From contig NC_043014.1 of the NCBI RefSeq assembly GCF_006345805.1, positions 47,120,001-47,184,000 of the forward strand: a stretch of DNA of 64,000 nt, written 5' to 3'. Shown piece after piece: positions 49,712 through 62,615 of this stretch. The position numbers were made by a program, and so were the translations under genes. Within the stretch, counting starts at the first letter, position 1; each line of letters begins with the position of its first letter. Below the pieces are notes generated by a model. That model had not been told where the DNA came from. It made no database searches and saw only the letters and a list, made by a program, of their open reading frames with translations. This DNA comes from Octopus sinensis (lineage: Eukaryota).

Positions 49712-50580
49712 CAGGGTCTGGACAAAATAATGGAAACACCTTGAAATTTCAAACAAATTTATTTTAATAATTGGTAGGATTGCCTTTGGCAGTAATTACA
49801 GCTTGACTTCTATGAGGTGTGGACTTGTAGAAAGTTTGAATTTTTTTCAAAGGAATTTTTGTCCATTCTTCAGCTAAAACAGTCTCCAGTTCTTGTAGTG
49901 ATGATGGTGGAGGATATCAACTCCTTACTTGTTTTTCTAAAATGCACCATAAATGTTCAATAATATTGAGATCTGGGGACTGTGGTGGCCAGATAAGATG
50001 TTCAACTTCACTAGAATATTCCTCGTGCCATTCAATAACAACTTTGGCTGTGTGAATTGGTGCATTATCATCCTGGAAGATTACGTTTCCCTCTGAAAAC
50101 AGTTCTGCAAACATAGGATGAATTTAATCAGATAAAATGCTTAAATAGTCTTGACTATTAATTTTGCCATGAAAGGAAACCATTGGGCCAGCAGATTTCC
50201 AAGATATAACCCCCCACCCAGATTATCAGATCCTCCTCCAAGCTTAATAGTAGGAAGAAGGCAGTCTGGGTCAAATGTGATTTTTGGCTGTCTCCACACG
50301 TATACTCAACTGGTCGTCGGAAATAAGGTAAAGGATGACTCGTCCAAGAAAATAACATTCTTCCACTGCTCTGGGGATCAATTCTGTGAGTTTTTACTCC
50401 ACTCTAAACGCTTTGAAACGTTTGTTTTTGAAAGTAGTGGTTTTCTAATTGCAGGCCTCCCATGAAATTTGGCTTTGTGCAGCTCCCAGCAAACAGCTTT
50501 TGTGGAAACTGGGTTCTTGAGGTGGTCATTAAGCTCTGCAGTAATTTTGGGAGATGTACTTTTGTGATCCTTTGCCAGTA
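49712..50580 (-). mobile_element. Tc1-like transposon relic, most of the transposase
   Basis: IFLDESSF...FQDDNAPIHTAK...WPPQSPDLNIIEHLW (DD34E); TIR CAGGGTCTGGACAAAATAATGGAAAC after TA; stops and frameshifts. Confidence 0.9.
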
Positions 50581-50785
50581 CCGCCTGACTGGACCCTGTG
50601 CCTGTGGCACATAAAAGCACCCTCTACAATCTCGGAGTGGTTGGCGTTAGGAAGGGCATCCAGCTGTAGAAACTCTGCCAGATCAGATTGAAGCCTGGTA
50701 CAGCCATCTTGTTTGCCCCAGTCATCAGTCAAATCATCCAACCCATTCTAGCATGGAAAGCGGACATTAAACGATGATGATGATG
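50580..50785 (+). mobile_element. SINE-like family D truncating the Tc1 relic
   Basis: Core plus (GAT)n tail. Confidence 0.75.
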
Positions 50786-50875
50786 ACACACACACACATC
50801 TATATATATATTCATACACACACACACATGTGTATGTGTGCATCTATATATGTGTGTTTGTATGCATGTGTGTAT

Positions 50876-50909
<34 letters not shown>

Positions 50910-51045
50910 GTGTGTGTAGAAAATGGTGATTAGTTCATCTGTCAATGTGTCATTAAAAAAAATGACACATTTACAAACAATTTCCAAAAGTTTTCCCCCA
51001 GTTTTTCCAAGATAATGCTTCTGAAATTTTGCAACAATTATCTCT

Positions 51046-51443
51046 TTACTCTTTACTCTTTTACTTGTTTCAGTCAGTTGACTGCGGCCATGCTGGAGCA
51101 CCACCTTTAGTCGAGCAACTCGACCCCGGGACTTATTCTTTGTAAGCCCAGTACTTATTCTATCGGTCTCTTTTGCCGAACCGCTAAGTAACAGGGACAT
51201 AAACACACCAGCATCGGTTGTCAAGCAATGCTAGGGGACAAACACAGACATACAAACATACATGCACATATATATATATATATACGATGGGCTTCTTTCA
51301 GTTTCCGTCTACCAAATCCACTCACAAGGCATTGGTCGGCCCGAGGCTATAGTAGAAGACACTTGCCCAAGGTGCCACGCAGTGGGACTGAACCCGGAAC
51401 CATGTGGTTGGTAGGCAAGCTACTTACCACACAGCCACTCCTG
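51046..51443 (-). mobile_element. SINE family A
   Basis: Full-length reverse-complement copy. Confidence 0.85.
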
Positions 51444-51844
51444 AATAATGAAAGCATCTCTGGTATTTGTTATTATCCAAACTGGATTTTCTGATAACAA
51501 CTGTGTTGACCCACTAATATGAAAGGTTATTGGGTGTGGTTTTCGCTCTCATTAAACTGGACCTTAATCATCTGTCAAGGACCAGACTTGTTCTTTTCTA
51601 TTTACTTTCTCTCTTTTTTTTTTTTTTTTAAAATTCAAAATGGTTTTCACTGTATTCTGGTTATGTCATGTCAATGATTTTACGGTTGATGGCTCAGCAG
51701 AATCATCAGAGCATTGGACTGGCACTATTTAAAATTTCTCTTGAAGAACCAGGAAATAAATTCAGCCCTGATTATTTATAAACTCTACATGGACATTGAA
51801 GTACAGCTCACATCTATGAGGCAGTATACTGCTGTTGTTACAAA

Positions 51845-51860
51845 CACACACACACACACA

Positions 51861-51892
<32 letters not shown>

Positions 51893-52185
51893 TATGCACA
51901 CACACATATACACTCTCACTCACACATGCACACACACACACATTCTCACACACACACTCTCTCTCTCTTTCACACACACACACACATACTTTCTCTCTCT
52001 CTCACACACACACACTCTCTCTCTCTCTTACACACACAACACACACACACATCTCTCTTTCACACACACACTCTCACTCACACCACACACACACTTTCTC
52101 TCTCTCTCTCACACACGCACACACACATACACACTCACTCACACACACACATATGCACACACACTCTCACTTACACACACACTTT

Positions 52186-52216
<31 letters not shown>

Positions 52217-52355
52217 ACTCACACACACACACTCTCTCTCACATACACACCCACATGCACACACACTTTCTCTCTCTATCTCTCTCACACACACACACAC
52301 TTACTCACACTTTCTCTCTCTCTCTCACACACACACACACCACACACACGCACAC
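51845..52355. repeat. Compound (CA)n/(CT)n microsatellite
   Basis: Alternating CA and CT blocks. Confidence 0.95.
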
Positions 52356-52379
52356 ATGAGTCTTTGTCGTTACGAATCG

Positions 52380-52520
52380 AGAGGAAAAAGCAGGATATTA
52401 GAAAAATCTGATCCATGAATTTGATGCTCCTGTAGGTTCCCCTCTCCAGTGCATCCCCTTCGCTCTTGTAGCCCTTCACAGTGACATTGCGACACCAGTC
52501 ACTGGGCATGACATCTTCCT
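52380..52520 (-). mobile_element. RTE-type reverse transcriptase fragment
   Basis: MPSDWCRNVTVKGYKSEGDALERGTYRSIKFMDQ resembles the P.DW....I...YKGKGD.....YRGI.L motif. Confidence 0.7.
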
Positions 52521-52786
52521 CTACTCCCCGTTTAACTATGTCACAGGACTAGCATGTGACTTGTCTCACCAGACATTTTTTAATCTCTCAGTAACTCCGC
52601 TCAATGGTTCTAGCTGCTTTCCTTATCTTCAAATCCAAGCACTTCTCTTTCTATTGTTCTGCTGTCAATGGCTGGTCCCCCTGGGAGAAACAAGGATATA
52701 AACAAACCAACACCGGTTGTCAAACCCTGGCAGGGGACAAACACAACACAAGCAAAAAGACACACACATACATATATACATGTGTA

Positions 52787-53095
52787 TACTCTTTACTCTT
52801 TTACTTGTTTCAGTCATTTGACTGTGGCCATGCTGGAGCACCGCCTTTAATCGAGCAACTCGATCCCGGGACTTATTCTTTTGTAAGCCCAGTACTTATT
52901 CTATCGGTCTCTTTTGCCGAACCACTAAGTATGATGGGCTTCTTTAAGTATCCATCTACTAAATCCATTCACAAAGCTTTGGTTGACCAGAGGCTATATC
53001 AGAAGACACTTGCCTAAGGTACCATGCTGTAGAAATGAACCCAAAACCACGTGATTGGGGAGCAAACTTCTTACTACACAACCATACCTGTGCCT
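52787..53095 (-). mobile_element. SINE family A, internally deleted and diverged
   Basis: Tail well conserved, head degenerate. Confidence 0.7.
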
Positions 53096-53588
53096 ATAGA
53101 AAAATCTCATAAAAGTGGTCCTTCTATTTGCCAGTCAGCTATGTTTGTAGTGTATATGCAGAGACCATTGTCATTATTGTCTGGGAATAAACTAAATTTA
53201 ATTACTCTATAAAATACTCTGACCACTTTGATTACTTTGTCTGAACCTTTCTCAGCTAAACTGTATGCCAGCTTCACCAACCCTACTGCTATTACCTACC
53301 CAAAAGAATTTGTACCTTTGCCTCTAGCTTGTGAGGAGTTTTGTGAGACACCCCTCCATCTTGCCACTTGAATACAACAAACATCCACTCAATCTCTCTT
53401 GACTTACTTTTCCCCATTCCAATATTAATGGCGGTAGCCCTAAACCTGAGAGGAAAAGGTGTGTGTGTATGTATGTTTGTGTGTATGTGTGAATGTGTGT
53501 ATGACTGTGTGTTTGAGTGAGAGAGAGAGAGAGAAAAAGAGTGTCTGTGTGTGTGTGTGTGTTGAGGATGTTCTTTCAATTTCCCCAG

Positions 53589-54001
53589 TTGGAGACACCT
53601 CTCCTAAAGGAATGAAGATTAGCAAGAGGAGAACAAAGAAAGCAATAATCAAGATTATCTGAAGAACAATTAGAGCTAAGGGGAGAAATAAATAAAGATA
53701 TTGCTGTGCTTCACAGGAATGAGTTGATTGCTGTAAGAACACAGCGAAGAATGAATGAGGCTGAAAGAGATACCAAAATGGAGCTGCGGAAGACAGAAAT
53801 TAAAAGAGGGGAGATTTGAGGGAACAGGCATCACAGAGATACCGAAATGGAACAGTGGAGGACGCAAGTTTAAAGAGAGATCTAAGAGAAAGGCATCTTG
53901 AAAAATTCAAGAACCTGAAAGAGAATGGAATACAAGTAGACCTTTTAATAACAGAAGCTAGGAGAAATACAAGAATTTGCAATGCAACAGCAAACATGTA
54001 A
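53589..54001 (+). pseudogene. Decayed terminal exon of a charged coiled-coil protein
   Basis: Acceptor ttctttcaatttccccag|; about 135 codons of E/K/R-rich sequence with 2 stops and 1 frameshift; TAA then AATAAA at ~54018. Confidence 0.4.
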
Positions 54002-55060
54002 ATATCTGTATTTAAAAATAAACGTGGTTTTTTTTTTATATTTTTAGTTTATTTTATTATCTTTCTTTTATATATATTTAAGTAAGATAAACATATTTGT
54101 TGTCATTATCGATGGCGCAGGTACTCTACTCTGTGTGTGTGTGTGTGTGTGTGCTTGTGTTTATTAGTAGCAAAAAAAGCCCTATGGAGAACTCACCCTT
54201 TTCATGGGTCCAGTGATAATAATCACAACACACACACACACACACACACACATATACTCACACATATATACACACATCCATACACACACACATACACACT
54301 GTGATATTGTGCTATATGTTATCATAATCAAATGTGATAGCCATCTGTGTCTCTCTCTCCCTCCAACCCACCCACCCAGCGCTACACCCCTCCTGGCACA
54401 CTTAAGGTTCAGCTGTTTTCTAATCTACCCTACCCTACACCCCCCCCCCCGCCATCCCACCACACCCCCCTCTTCTTTCCATCATTTAACTCCATCTTCC
54501 ACATGCTGGCAGTGCAGTGGCAGCAGCTGTAGTGGCGGTGGCGGCGGCGGTGGTGATGGTGGTGGTGGCGGTGGCGGGGCTGGTGGTGGTGGTGGTGGTG
54601 TTGACAGCGACAGGGTGTAGCGAGTGTAGTCACAGCAGCACCGCATCATCATCTTCTTAACGAGATAGGTGGAGGCAACGATGCAGAAAAAAAAAAAAAC
54701 CACACTGAAATAGAAGAAGGGCAAGACTCAGTAACACCATCTCTCCCTCAGTCTGTGATGTTGTGGCATTCATCTCGAGCAACATGTCTTTAAAGTGATG
54801 CAAACAGGGCCTAAATTTCCCTTAGTTTAAGAAGACGTCCTGACACCGAAGCGTTGCCAACGTCACACTGCTGCAACCGAGATTTGAACCGTTTAAGTAA
54901 TTAGGGGTATCAAGGGATATTCATGTCAGAAATTAGTAAACCATACTTTAAACCGTACTTTAAATTGTACTTTAAAACACCTCAGTTCGTTTGATGAGAG
55001 GAAATTCTATATTATGGTGGCAACCCATTCCACACCTAGTGAACCCTGTGTATAATTAGC

Positions 55061-55272
55061 ATTGCCATGGTAACTCAAAAACATGGAGAGTTTCTTCTTC
55101 TTCTTCTTCTTCTTCTTGAACTTCCCCATCATCATCATCATCATCATTAGCATCATCTCCATCAACCTCCTCCTCCTTTTCATCCTCATCCTCTTCTTTT
55201 TCTTCTTCTCCTTTTTCTTCTTCCTCCTCTTCCTCCTTTTTCTCCTCCTCATCGTCGTCGTCGTCGTCGTCG

Positions 55273-55333
<61 letters not shown>

Positions 55334-56441
55334 TATCATTGTCATCAGCATCCATCATCACAATTGCCGCTGCCACTGCCACCACCACAACCACCACCAC
55401 CACCACCACCACCACCACCACCATTGCCACTTCTACCATAGAATTTACAACTAAATAGCGAAGTCTAGAACCTGCTTCTCTGAGCACACCACCACCAGTA
55501 ACAGCAACAACGACAACAACAACAACAATGGTATACTAAGTACAAAATGATGTGATGTCACCAAGAGTTTGTCCTTCCGAACTTCTGGTCGCTGCCATCG
55601 TTGTCATGGTAACAGTTTGGCAGAATGTTCTGCTTCTTCAAGTGTTTATTACATCCTGTGTATGTGTGCATGTGTGTGTGTGTGGTGTGTGTGGTGTGTG
55701 TCTCCAGCTATTTTCATTGTAATAGCAATCGTCATCATCATTGTCCTAATAGCTGTCATCATCATTGTTGTCGTTGCCTTGTTGTCATCTTTCCCACCAC
55801 CACCACCACACCACCACACCACCACACACCACACCACCACACCACTACCACCACCAACAAACCACCAACAAACCATCACCACCACCACCAAACCACCACT
55901 ACCATCACCACCACCACCATCACCACCACCACTACCATCACCACCACCACCAAACCACCATCACCGCCAAACCACCACCACCAAACCACCACCACCACCA
56001 CCACCATCACCACCACCACCACCAAACCACCACCACCACTACCATCACCACCACCACCATCACCACCACCACTAAACCACCATCACCACCACCACCACCA
56101 CTACCATCACCACCACCACCAAACCACCATCACCGCCAAACCACCACCACCAAACCACCACTACCACCACCACCACTACCATCACCACCACCACCATCAC
56201 CACCACCACTAAACCACCATCACCACCACCACCACCACCACCACTACCATCACCACCACTGTAACAGCCATCATCATCATCATCATCATCTAAACAAGCT
56301 ATAATTGAAGCACCGCATCTTAACTCCTAACCCAGCTCTCAACCACTCAACCACAATTAACGATGACGACCACCACCACCACGACCACCACTACCCTACC
56401 ATTAAAATGTAAATGGATCTTCAGTCAGTTTCCATGGTGAC
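55061..56441. promoter_or_regulatory. Cluster of three RFX X-box-like palindromes
   Basis: ATTGCCATGGTAAC 55061-55074, GTTGTCATGGTAAC 55600-55613, GTTTCCATGGTGAC 56428-56441. Confidence 0.45.
55795..56290 (+). repeat. (CCA)n/(CAT)n tract
   Basis: ACC repeats with AAA/ATC/ACT variants. Confidence 0.95.
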
Positions 56442-57738
56442 TGTTCTGGTTGTGAAATCAACTTGAACTGCCTCCTAATTGAATCATAAGTGGCTGAGTG
56501 TATCACAGAAGGTTGTATGTTTAACATAAACCTCAGGTAGATTCTGGATGATGCAGTGTGTGACACTGTGACCCTTAACAAGTACAGACCCTTCTCTATG
56601 ACTGTGTAACTGGCTGGGTATACCATGGATGTGCGTCCTACACTATTTTCCCTGTATTGACCAGACTATCAGATGTTGTTATACACCACTGGTCACAATG
56701 CACTTCCTTGCAGTGTTGTAGCTATCAAATGAAACCCACCTTCTGGTTAGGTGGGCAGGCCAAGATTCCTTTTGAATAGAATGCCAGGCTGTAAGGTAAC
56801 CCATTTACAGCTGAGTAGACTGGGGCAACTATGAAATAAATTGTTTTGCTCAAGAACACAAATATCACTGGCCTGGAAATTGAAACCACGATCTTGCAAT
56901 AGTGAGTACAACACCCTACCCACTAGGCCATGTGCCCTCACATAACTGTCCTTATGGGGTGGGGGTCAATAAATATAGTACAAACCTAGGATTATGAAAT
57001 GGTGGATATATTAGAGTGTCAGACAAAGTGCCTTGTGGTATTTGGTTCACTCCTTGGATTTAGAGTTCAAACCCTGTCTACATGGGTGGTAGACTTAATC
57101 AATTACCTAGTTTTATTTTCGATCGTGGGGTACCCTAGGTACCATCAGTGGAGTCCACTTTGAGGCAAATATTCAGGTCAGCTCTCTGATTTGAGAGTAC
57201 TTATACCCGCTTCCTTCCTTCCAGCTTTCAGAGACCTTGTAAAGGATCATGGACATTGATCTACCCTCCTGACTAAGAAACCCTTTCTACAATAGGCACA
57301 AGGCCTGAAATTTTGGGGAGGGGTATAGTCGCTTACATCGACTACAGTACTTGACTGGTACTTATTTTGACCTCGGCAGAATTTGAACTCAGAACCTAAA
57401 GATGGATGAAATGTCGCCAAGCATCTTGCCCGATGTGCTAAAGAAATAATAATAAGTTTCTGGCAGAATCAGCATGAAACAGTGTTATGAAGTTTTCTGT
57501 TTTAATTGCAGTCCATCCCACAAGTTTCTGTGATGTTTCAATCAACCCATTTTTACTGTTAAAACTAGGGGCTAATCTGTAGCTTCCACACAAGATGTTG
57601 TCTGGCCCAAAATCTTGCGCTATGAAGGCAAATCCTGGACCTCATGATTGCAGAGTAAACTCCTTACCATCTACTGATTCTTGCACATCACGCACACACT
57701 CACATCAAATGTATATCATTATTATAATCATTGTTTAA

Positions 57739-58178
57739 CCCTTTTGTTACCATATTTATTTTGAGATTCTCTGTTTCTATCAATAAATTTTCAATATAAC
57801 AAAGAATCTAGTAAAATAACTTAGTTATCTTTCGTTTTTGGATTTGGTTTGCAAGATTGTTAATATGAGTTCGTGTGTTGAAGCATATTCTGTTGTGTCT
57901 GGGGAGAGTCAAGACTATTGAAAAGGTTTCAAGACGCAACGAAAATTTTAGGAAAATAAAAATAAGTGGAAATTTTACCGGTGAGTGTGTTACATTATAA
58001 GGCACAAAAAGAAAATGACTCTCTCCAGACACAACAGAACTTAGTTATCATTAAGCTAATGTTAAGAACATAAACTGTGACTAAGGTTTGGTGGAAGATC
58101 TTAATTCAAAACTTATGAAAACAAGACATTTGTACTATAGAGCCAGAGGCAGTTTCAGCCGGGTTGGTATGGAAAGGG
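57739..58178. mobile_element. piggyBac-type MITE with a nested insertion
   Basis: TTAA|CCCTTTTGTTACCA...TGGTATGGAAAGGG|TTAA; inner insertion 57830-58037 with TSD AACTTAGTTATC. Confidence 0.8.
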
Positions 58179-59206
58179 TTAATGCCTTTATTCCATGCTA
58201 GCATATGTTGGATGGTTCAACAGGATCCAACACAACAGAGTGCTAGGCTGGGCTCCAAGGTCTGCTTTGGTGTGGTTTCTTCAGTTAGATGCCAAAGCAG
58301 ATATTGAATCCCAATATGACACCCTAACCCAAATACTTCTTAATGCTAACCACTTTACAGAGTATGCTGGGAGCAATTTTTGTGGCTCCAGCATTAATGA
58401 GCTCCTCAAGTAACTCACAGGGTTAGACCCCTTCACAGGGATGCAAGAATTTAGGAAAGGTAGCTTTGTGCCAGGTGTCGAGAAGCTAAACCATAATGGG
58501 GTGAAGGTGGACAGGAACATATATCTTGCTGTAAAGGAGATACATGGCTACTCTGGTATGAAAGGGAGAAAGGCGGGTAGAAATGAGGTATCAGGGTGTA
58601 CCCTCAAGGACCCCCTTTGGTCATGATTGACCATGGGATTGCATCTATAAAGTTTCTCTCTGAAGTACAAGTCCAGGCAAGGTTGTTTATGGAAGACCAG
58701 CAGTCACCCACACATACCAGCCTCCCCTCTCCATGCCACCGATGTTATCCAAAGGAAAGGCAAAGGCTGATACAGCTTGGCACTAGTGATGTTGCAACTC
58801 ATTTCTAAAGCTGAGTGAACAAGGGCAACATGAAATAAAGCATCATTCTTAAGAACACAACAACACAGCCAGGTCCAGGAATTGAACTCACTACCTCATG
58901 ATTGTGAGCTTGATGCTCTAACCACTGAGCATGTGCCTTCACAGGGTGTACTCTGAAGGTACAAGTAAGACGATAAAGAGAGTAGAGATAGAGAGTCAAA
59001 GATGACTGGGAGAGAAGGTAGCTTTGCGAGAATGTGAAAGGAGAATGATAGGCGATAGAGATGAGGAGAGAAGTAAAAATTGAATAAAGATGGATGGAAG
59101 CATGGACAATGGTGAATATCAATTTGGAGGAATATAAGGAAAATAGGAGTGGATAAAGAAGGAGGAGGTAATAAGAGATAATTCATGAAGGTGGGATGAA
59201 AGGCAA

Positions 59207-59925
59207 CATCATCATTGTTTAACGTCCTTTTTCCGTGCTAGCACAGGTTGGACGGTTCAACCAGGGTCTGGAAAGCCAGGAGGCTACACCAGGCTCCAGT
59301 CTGATCTGGCAGTGTTTTCTACAGCTGGATGCCCTTCCTAACGCCAACCACTCTGCGAGTGTAGTGGGTGCTTTTTATGTGCCACCGGCACAGGTGCCAG
59401 GGGAGTCTGGCAGCGGCCACGATCGCTTGGTGCTTTTAACGTACCACCGACACGGAAGCCAGTCAAGGCAGCGCTGGCATCGGCCACGTTCGGATGGTGT
59501 TTTTTACGTGCCACTGGCACAGAAGCCAATCAAGGCGGCACTGGCATCGGCCATGTTCGGATGGTGCTTTTTACATGCCACCGGCACAGAAGCCAGTCGA
59601 GGCGGCACTGGCATCGGCCACGTTCGGATGGTGCTTTTTACATGCCACCGGCACAGAAGCCAGTCGAGGCGGCGCTGGCATCGGCCACATTCGGATGGTG
59701 CTTTTTACGTGCCACAGGCACAGAAGCCAGTGGAGGCGGCACTGGCATCGGCCATGTTCGGATGGTGCTTTTTACATGCCACCGGCACAGAAGCCAGTCG
59801 AGGCGGCGCTGGCATCGGCCACGTTCGGATGGTGCTTTTTACGTGCCACCGGCACAGAAGCCAGTCAAGGCAGCGCTGGCATTGGCCATGTTCGGATGGT
59901 GCTTTTTATGTGCTACCGGCACAGG
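59207..59925 (-). mobile_element. SINE-like family D with an array of ~8 monomers
   Basis: Core 59215-59370, then 67-bp units starting at 59430, 59497, 59564, 59631, 59698, 59765, 59832, 59899 (partial). Confidence 0.88.
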
Positions 59926-60147
59926 TATCACAACTACTATTTCCATTGATATTTATTTCGATGTTTCATAAAACTGATAAATGAAAAATAAAGATGAGAT
60001 ATAGTGTGGTGGGAAGTGAAGAGGTACAGTGACAAAGATGGAGATCAGAGGCACATAGGGTGGATATAGTGGGTTGTGATTAAAGGGGGGATCTATGGCA
60101 GACATGAAAGGATGTTCTAGGTAAAGGGCATTTAGTGTCAATATTAT

Positions 60148-60366
60148 TACTTTATTACCCACAAGGGGCTAAACATAGAGGGGACAAACAAGGACAAAGT
60201 ATTAAGTCGATTATATCGACCCCAGTGCGTAACTGGTACTTAATTTATCGACCCCGAAAGGATGAAAGGCAAAGTCGACCTCAGCGGAATTTGAACTCAG
60301 AACGTAACGGCAGACGAAATACGGCTACGCATTTCGCCCGGCCTGCTAACGTTTCTGCCAGCTCGG
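60148..60366 (-). mobile_element. SINE family B monomer
   Basis: Complete tail to head. Confidence 0.82.
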
Positions 60367-60374
60367 CAAGCACA

Positions 60375-60830
60375 CTTCACTACTTCATCATACATCTTTC
60401 TGGATCATCTTCCATGTGTTCCAACCACATTTAGCAATCATCTCTTCTTTATGCAGCTGTCCTCGTTCACCTGCGTCACATGACCGACCAGAGTAGTCGC
60501 CTCTCTTGCATACAAGAACTGATGTCTCTTATACGCAATTTTTGTTCTCAACGCATTTGCATTTTTTTCATTAATACATGTTGATATTGCACATCCAGCG
60601 AAGCATACCAGCTTCGTTTCTTTTAAGTTTTAGCATGTCATTTTGCATTTGCAGATCATATTTCGCTACCACTTAGCATTGTTGTTCACACCCAAGCATC
60701 ATACAGTTCTGCCTTTCACTCTCAAAGAGAGGCCTTGAGTTGCCAACAGAGATAATACTTCTCTGAACTTTCTCCAACTGATTTGTATTCTAAGAACAAT
60801 ATTTTCAAAACATCCTCCTCCACTGTTAAC
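60375..60830 (-). mobile_element. RTE LINE ORF2 fragment, degenerate
   Basis: GGGCFENIVLRIQISWRKFREVLSLLATQGLSLRVKGR typical of the RTE C-terminal region. Confidence 0.8.
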
Positions 60831-61157
60831 TAGGTTTACATAGTAACAGAAACTCCAAGGCATTTGAGAAATATATATGAGGTGCATTCCAGAAGTTTTC
60901 AGACTTTTTTTTAGGGGAGGCAGATACAACTGTCCTAGATTATGGTAATTTTATCATTAAATCATTGTTATTCATCTAATAAGCTTACTTGCCAGTTGAG
61001 GAGGTAGTGTTATGCAGACTTTTTACATCCTTCTCTCGTACATCAACCTCTTGTCTCCAAGTATAAAACCGACACCCATCTCCTCAGGGGTTTGTAGTCT
61101 TTGCAAGCTGCATTTATTACACTCTATAAAGTGGTTGGCATAAGAAAAGGCGTCCAA

Positions 61158-61557
61158 AGGCGTAGGAGTGGCTGTGTGGTAAGTAGCTTGCTTACCAACC
61201 ACATGGTTCCGGGTTCAGTCCCACTGCGTGGCACCTAGGGCAAGTGTCTTCTACTATAACCTCGGGCCGACCAAAGCCTTGTGAGTGGATTTGGTAGACG
61301 GAAACTGAAAGAAGCCCGTCATATATATGTATATATATATATGTGTGTGCGTGTATGTTTGTGTGTTGTGTTTATCCCCCCCACCAACATCGCTTGACAA
61401 CCGATGCTGGTGTGTTTACGTCCCCGTACTTAGCGGTTCGGCAAAAGAGACCGATAGAATAAGTACTGGGCTTACAAAGAATAAGTCCTGGGCTCGATTT
61501 GATCGACTAAAGGCGGTGCTCCAGCATGGCCACAGTCAAATGACTGAAACAAGTAAA
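61158..61557 (+). mobile_element. SINE family A
   Basis: Full-length copy. Confidence 0.85.
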
Positions 61558-61733
61558 TGTAGAAACCATGCCAAAGCAGGCACTGAACCATGATACACTC
61601 CTCGGACCCCTCAGCTCCCGTCAAACCCATGCCAGCATGGAACATGGACGTTAAATGATGATGATGATACGATGTATATAATAACTGAGGTAATGTGTAT
61701 GTTATAACTCAGATAATGAACATATAACTGAGA

Positions 61734-61779
<46 letters not shown>

Positions 61780-61780
<1 letters not shown>

Positions 61781-61941
61781 GGAGCAAACACATAAATGTG
61801 AAACAAGGTAGAAAAAAGAGTACTCAAATACCAGTGGTAGAGTAATATACTTCAACAAAACCTGTTACTCTGAGTTTCACGAACGGAAACGTGAAACTCA
61901 GAGTAACAGGTTTTGTTGAATTTTCTGCTGCTTTAAATAAA

Positions 61942-61950
<9 letters not shown>
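61780..61950. mobile_element. Penelope-like terminal repeat with internal inversion
   Basis: Between two (TA)n tracts; 61881-61950 is the reverse complement of 62581-62650; contains a perfect 31-bp hairpin. Confidence 0.7.
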
Positions 61951-61977
<27 letters not shown>

Positions 61978-62492
61978 ACGGGAAGCAGAAATGTGTGTTT
62001 ACCAATCAGGTTATTGTTTGACTGACATCTTGCCTGATAAAAGATCCGACAGTTGGATATGGGCTAACCAGGGGTTACACAACAACGGTGCCATCCCCAC
62101 TCACCACCATCGTAAAACTCTCCTCCCTCCACATACACAGCATCAAATCATGTCACACCACGACACTACCATACACCCATATCGCACCATACTTCACTAC
62201 ACACCACGACTACATCGCACCTCTGCGCTACACCACACCCTACCACATTATTCCCCCACCATGGCCGTACCATAACAAAAACAACAACCACCAAACTACC
62301 ACATCATCTTGCATATCGCCCTCATTACCTTAAACCACTCATACTTCTCCCATACCTTTTTATAACTACTCTTCTTCATTTTTCTACCGAAAATAACATC
62401 AACTTTAGTTTCGTCCTTTCCTTTACTATCTGCTGCATCAGTTGTAACTTCCACCTATCTACCTACCTATGTATTTATGAATATATATATAT

Positions 62493-62559
<67 letters not shown>

Positions 62560-62615
62560 TACATACACACACACATATATATATATACTTTATTTAAAGC
62601 AGCAGAAAATTCAAC

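Noticed and set aside
54482-54800. Short ORFs on both strands around 54.6 kb
   Set aside because: No recognisable domain, no consistent splice signals, largely GGT/GGC repeat
59235-59984. Repetitive 249-aa ORF and CRISPR-like appearance
   Set aside because: Units are contiguous 67-bp tandem copies with no unique spacers and no cas genes; the ORFs are by-products
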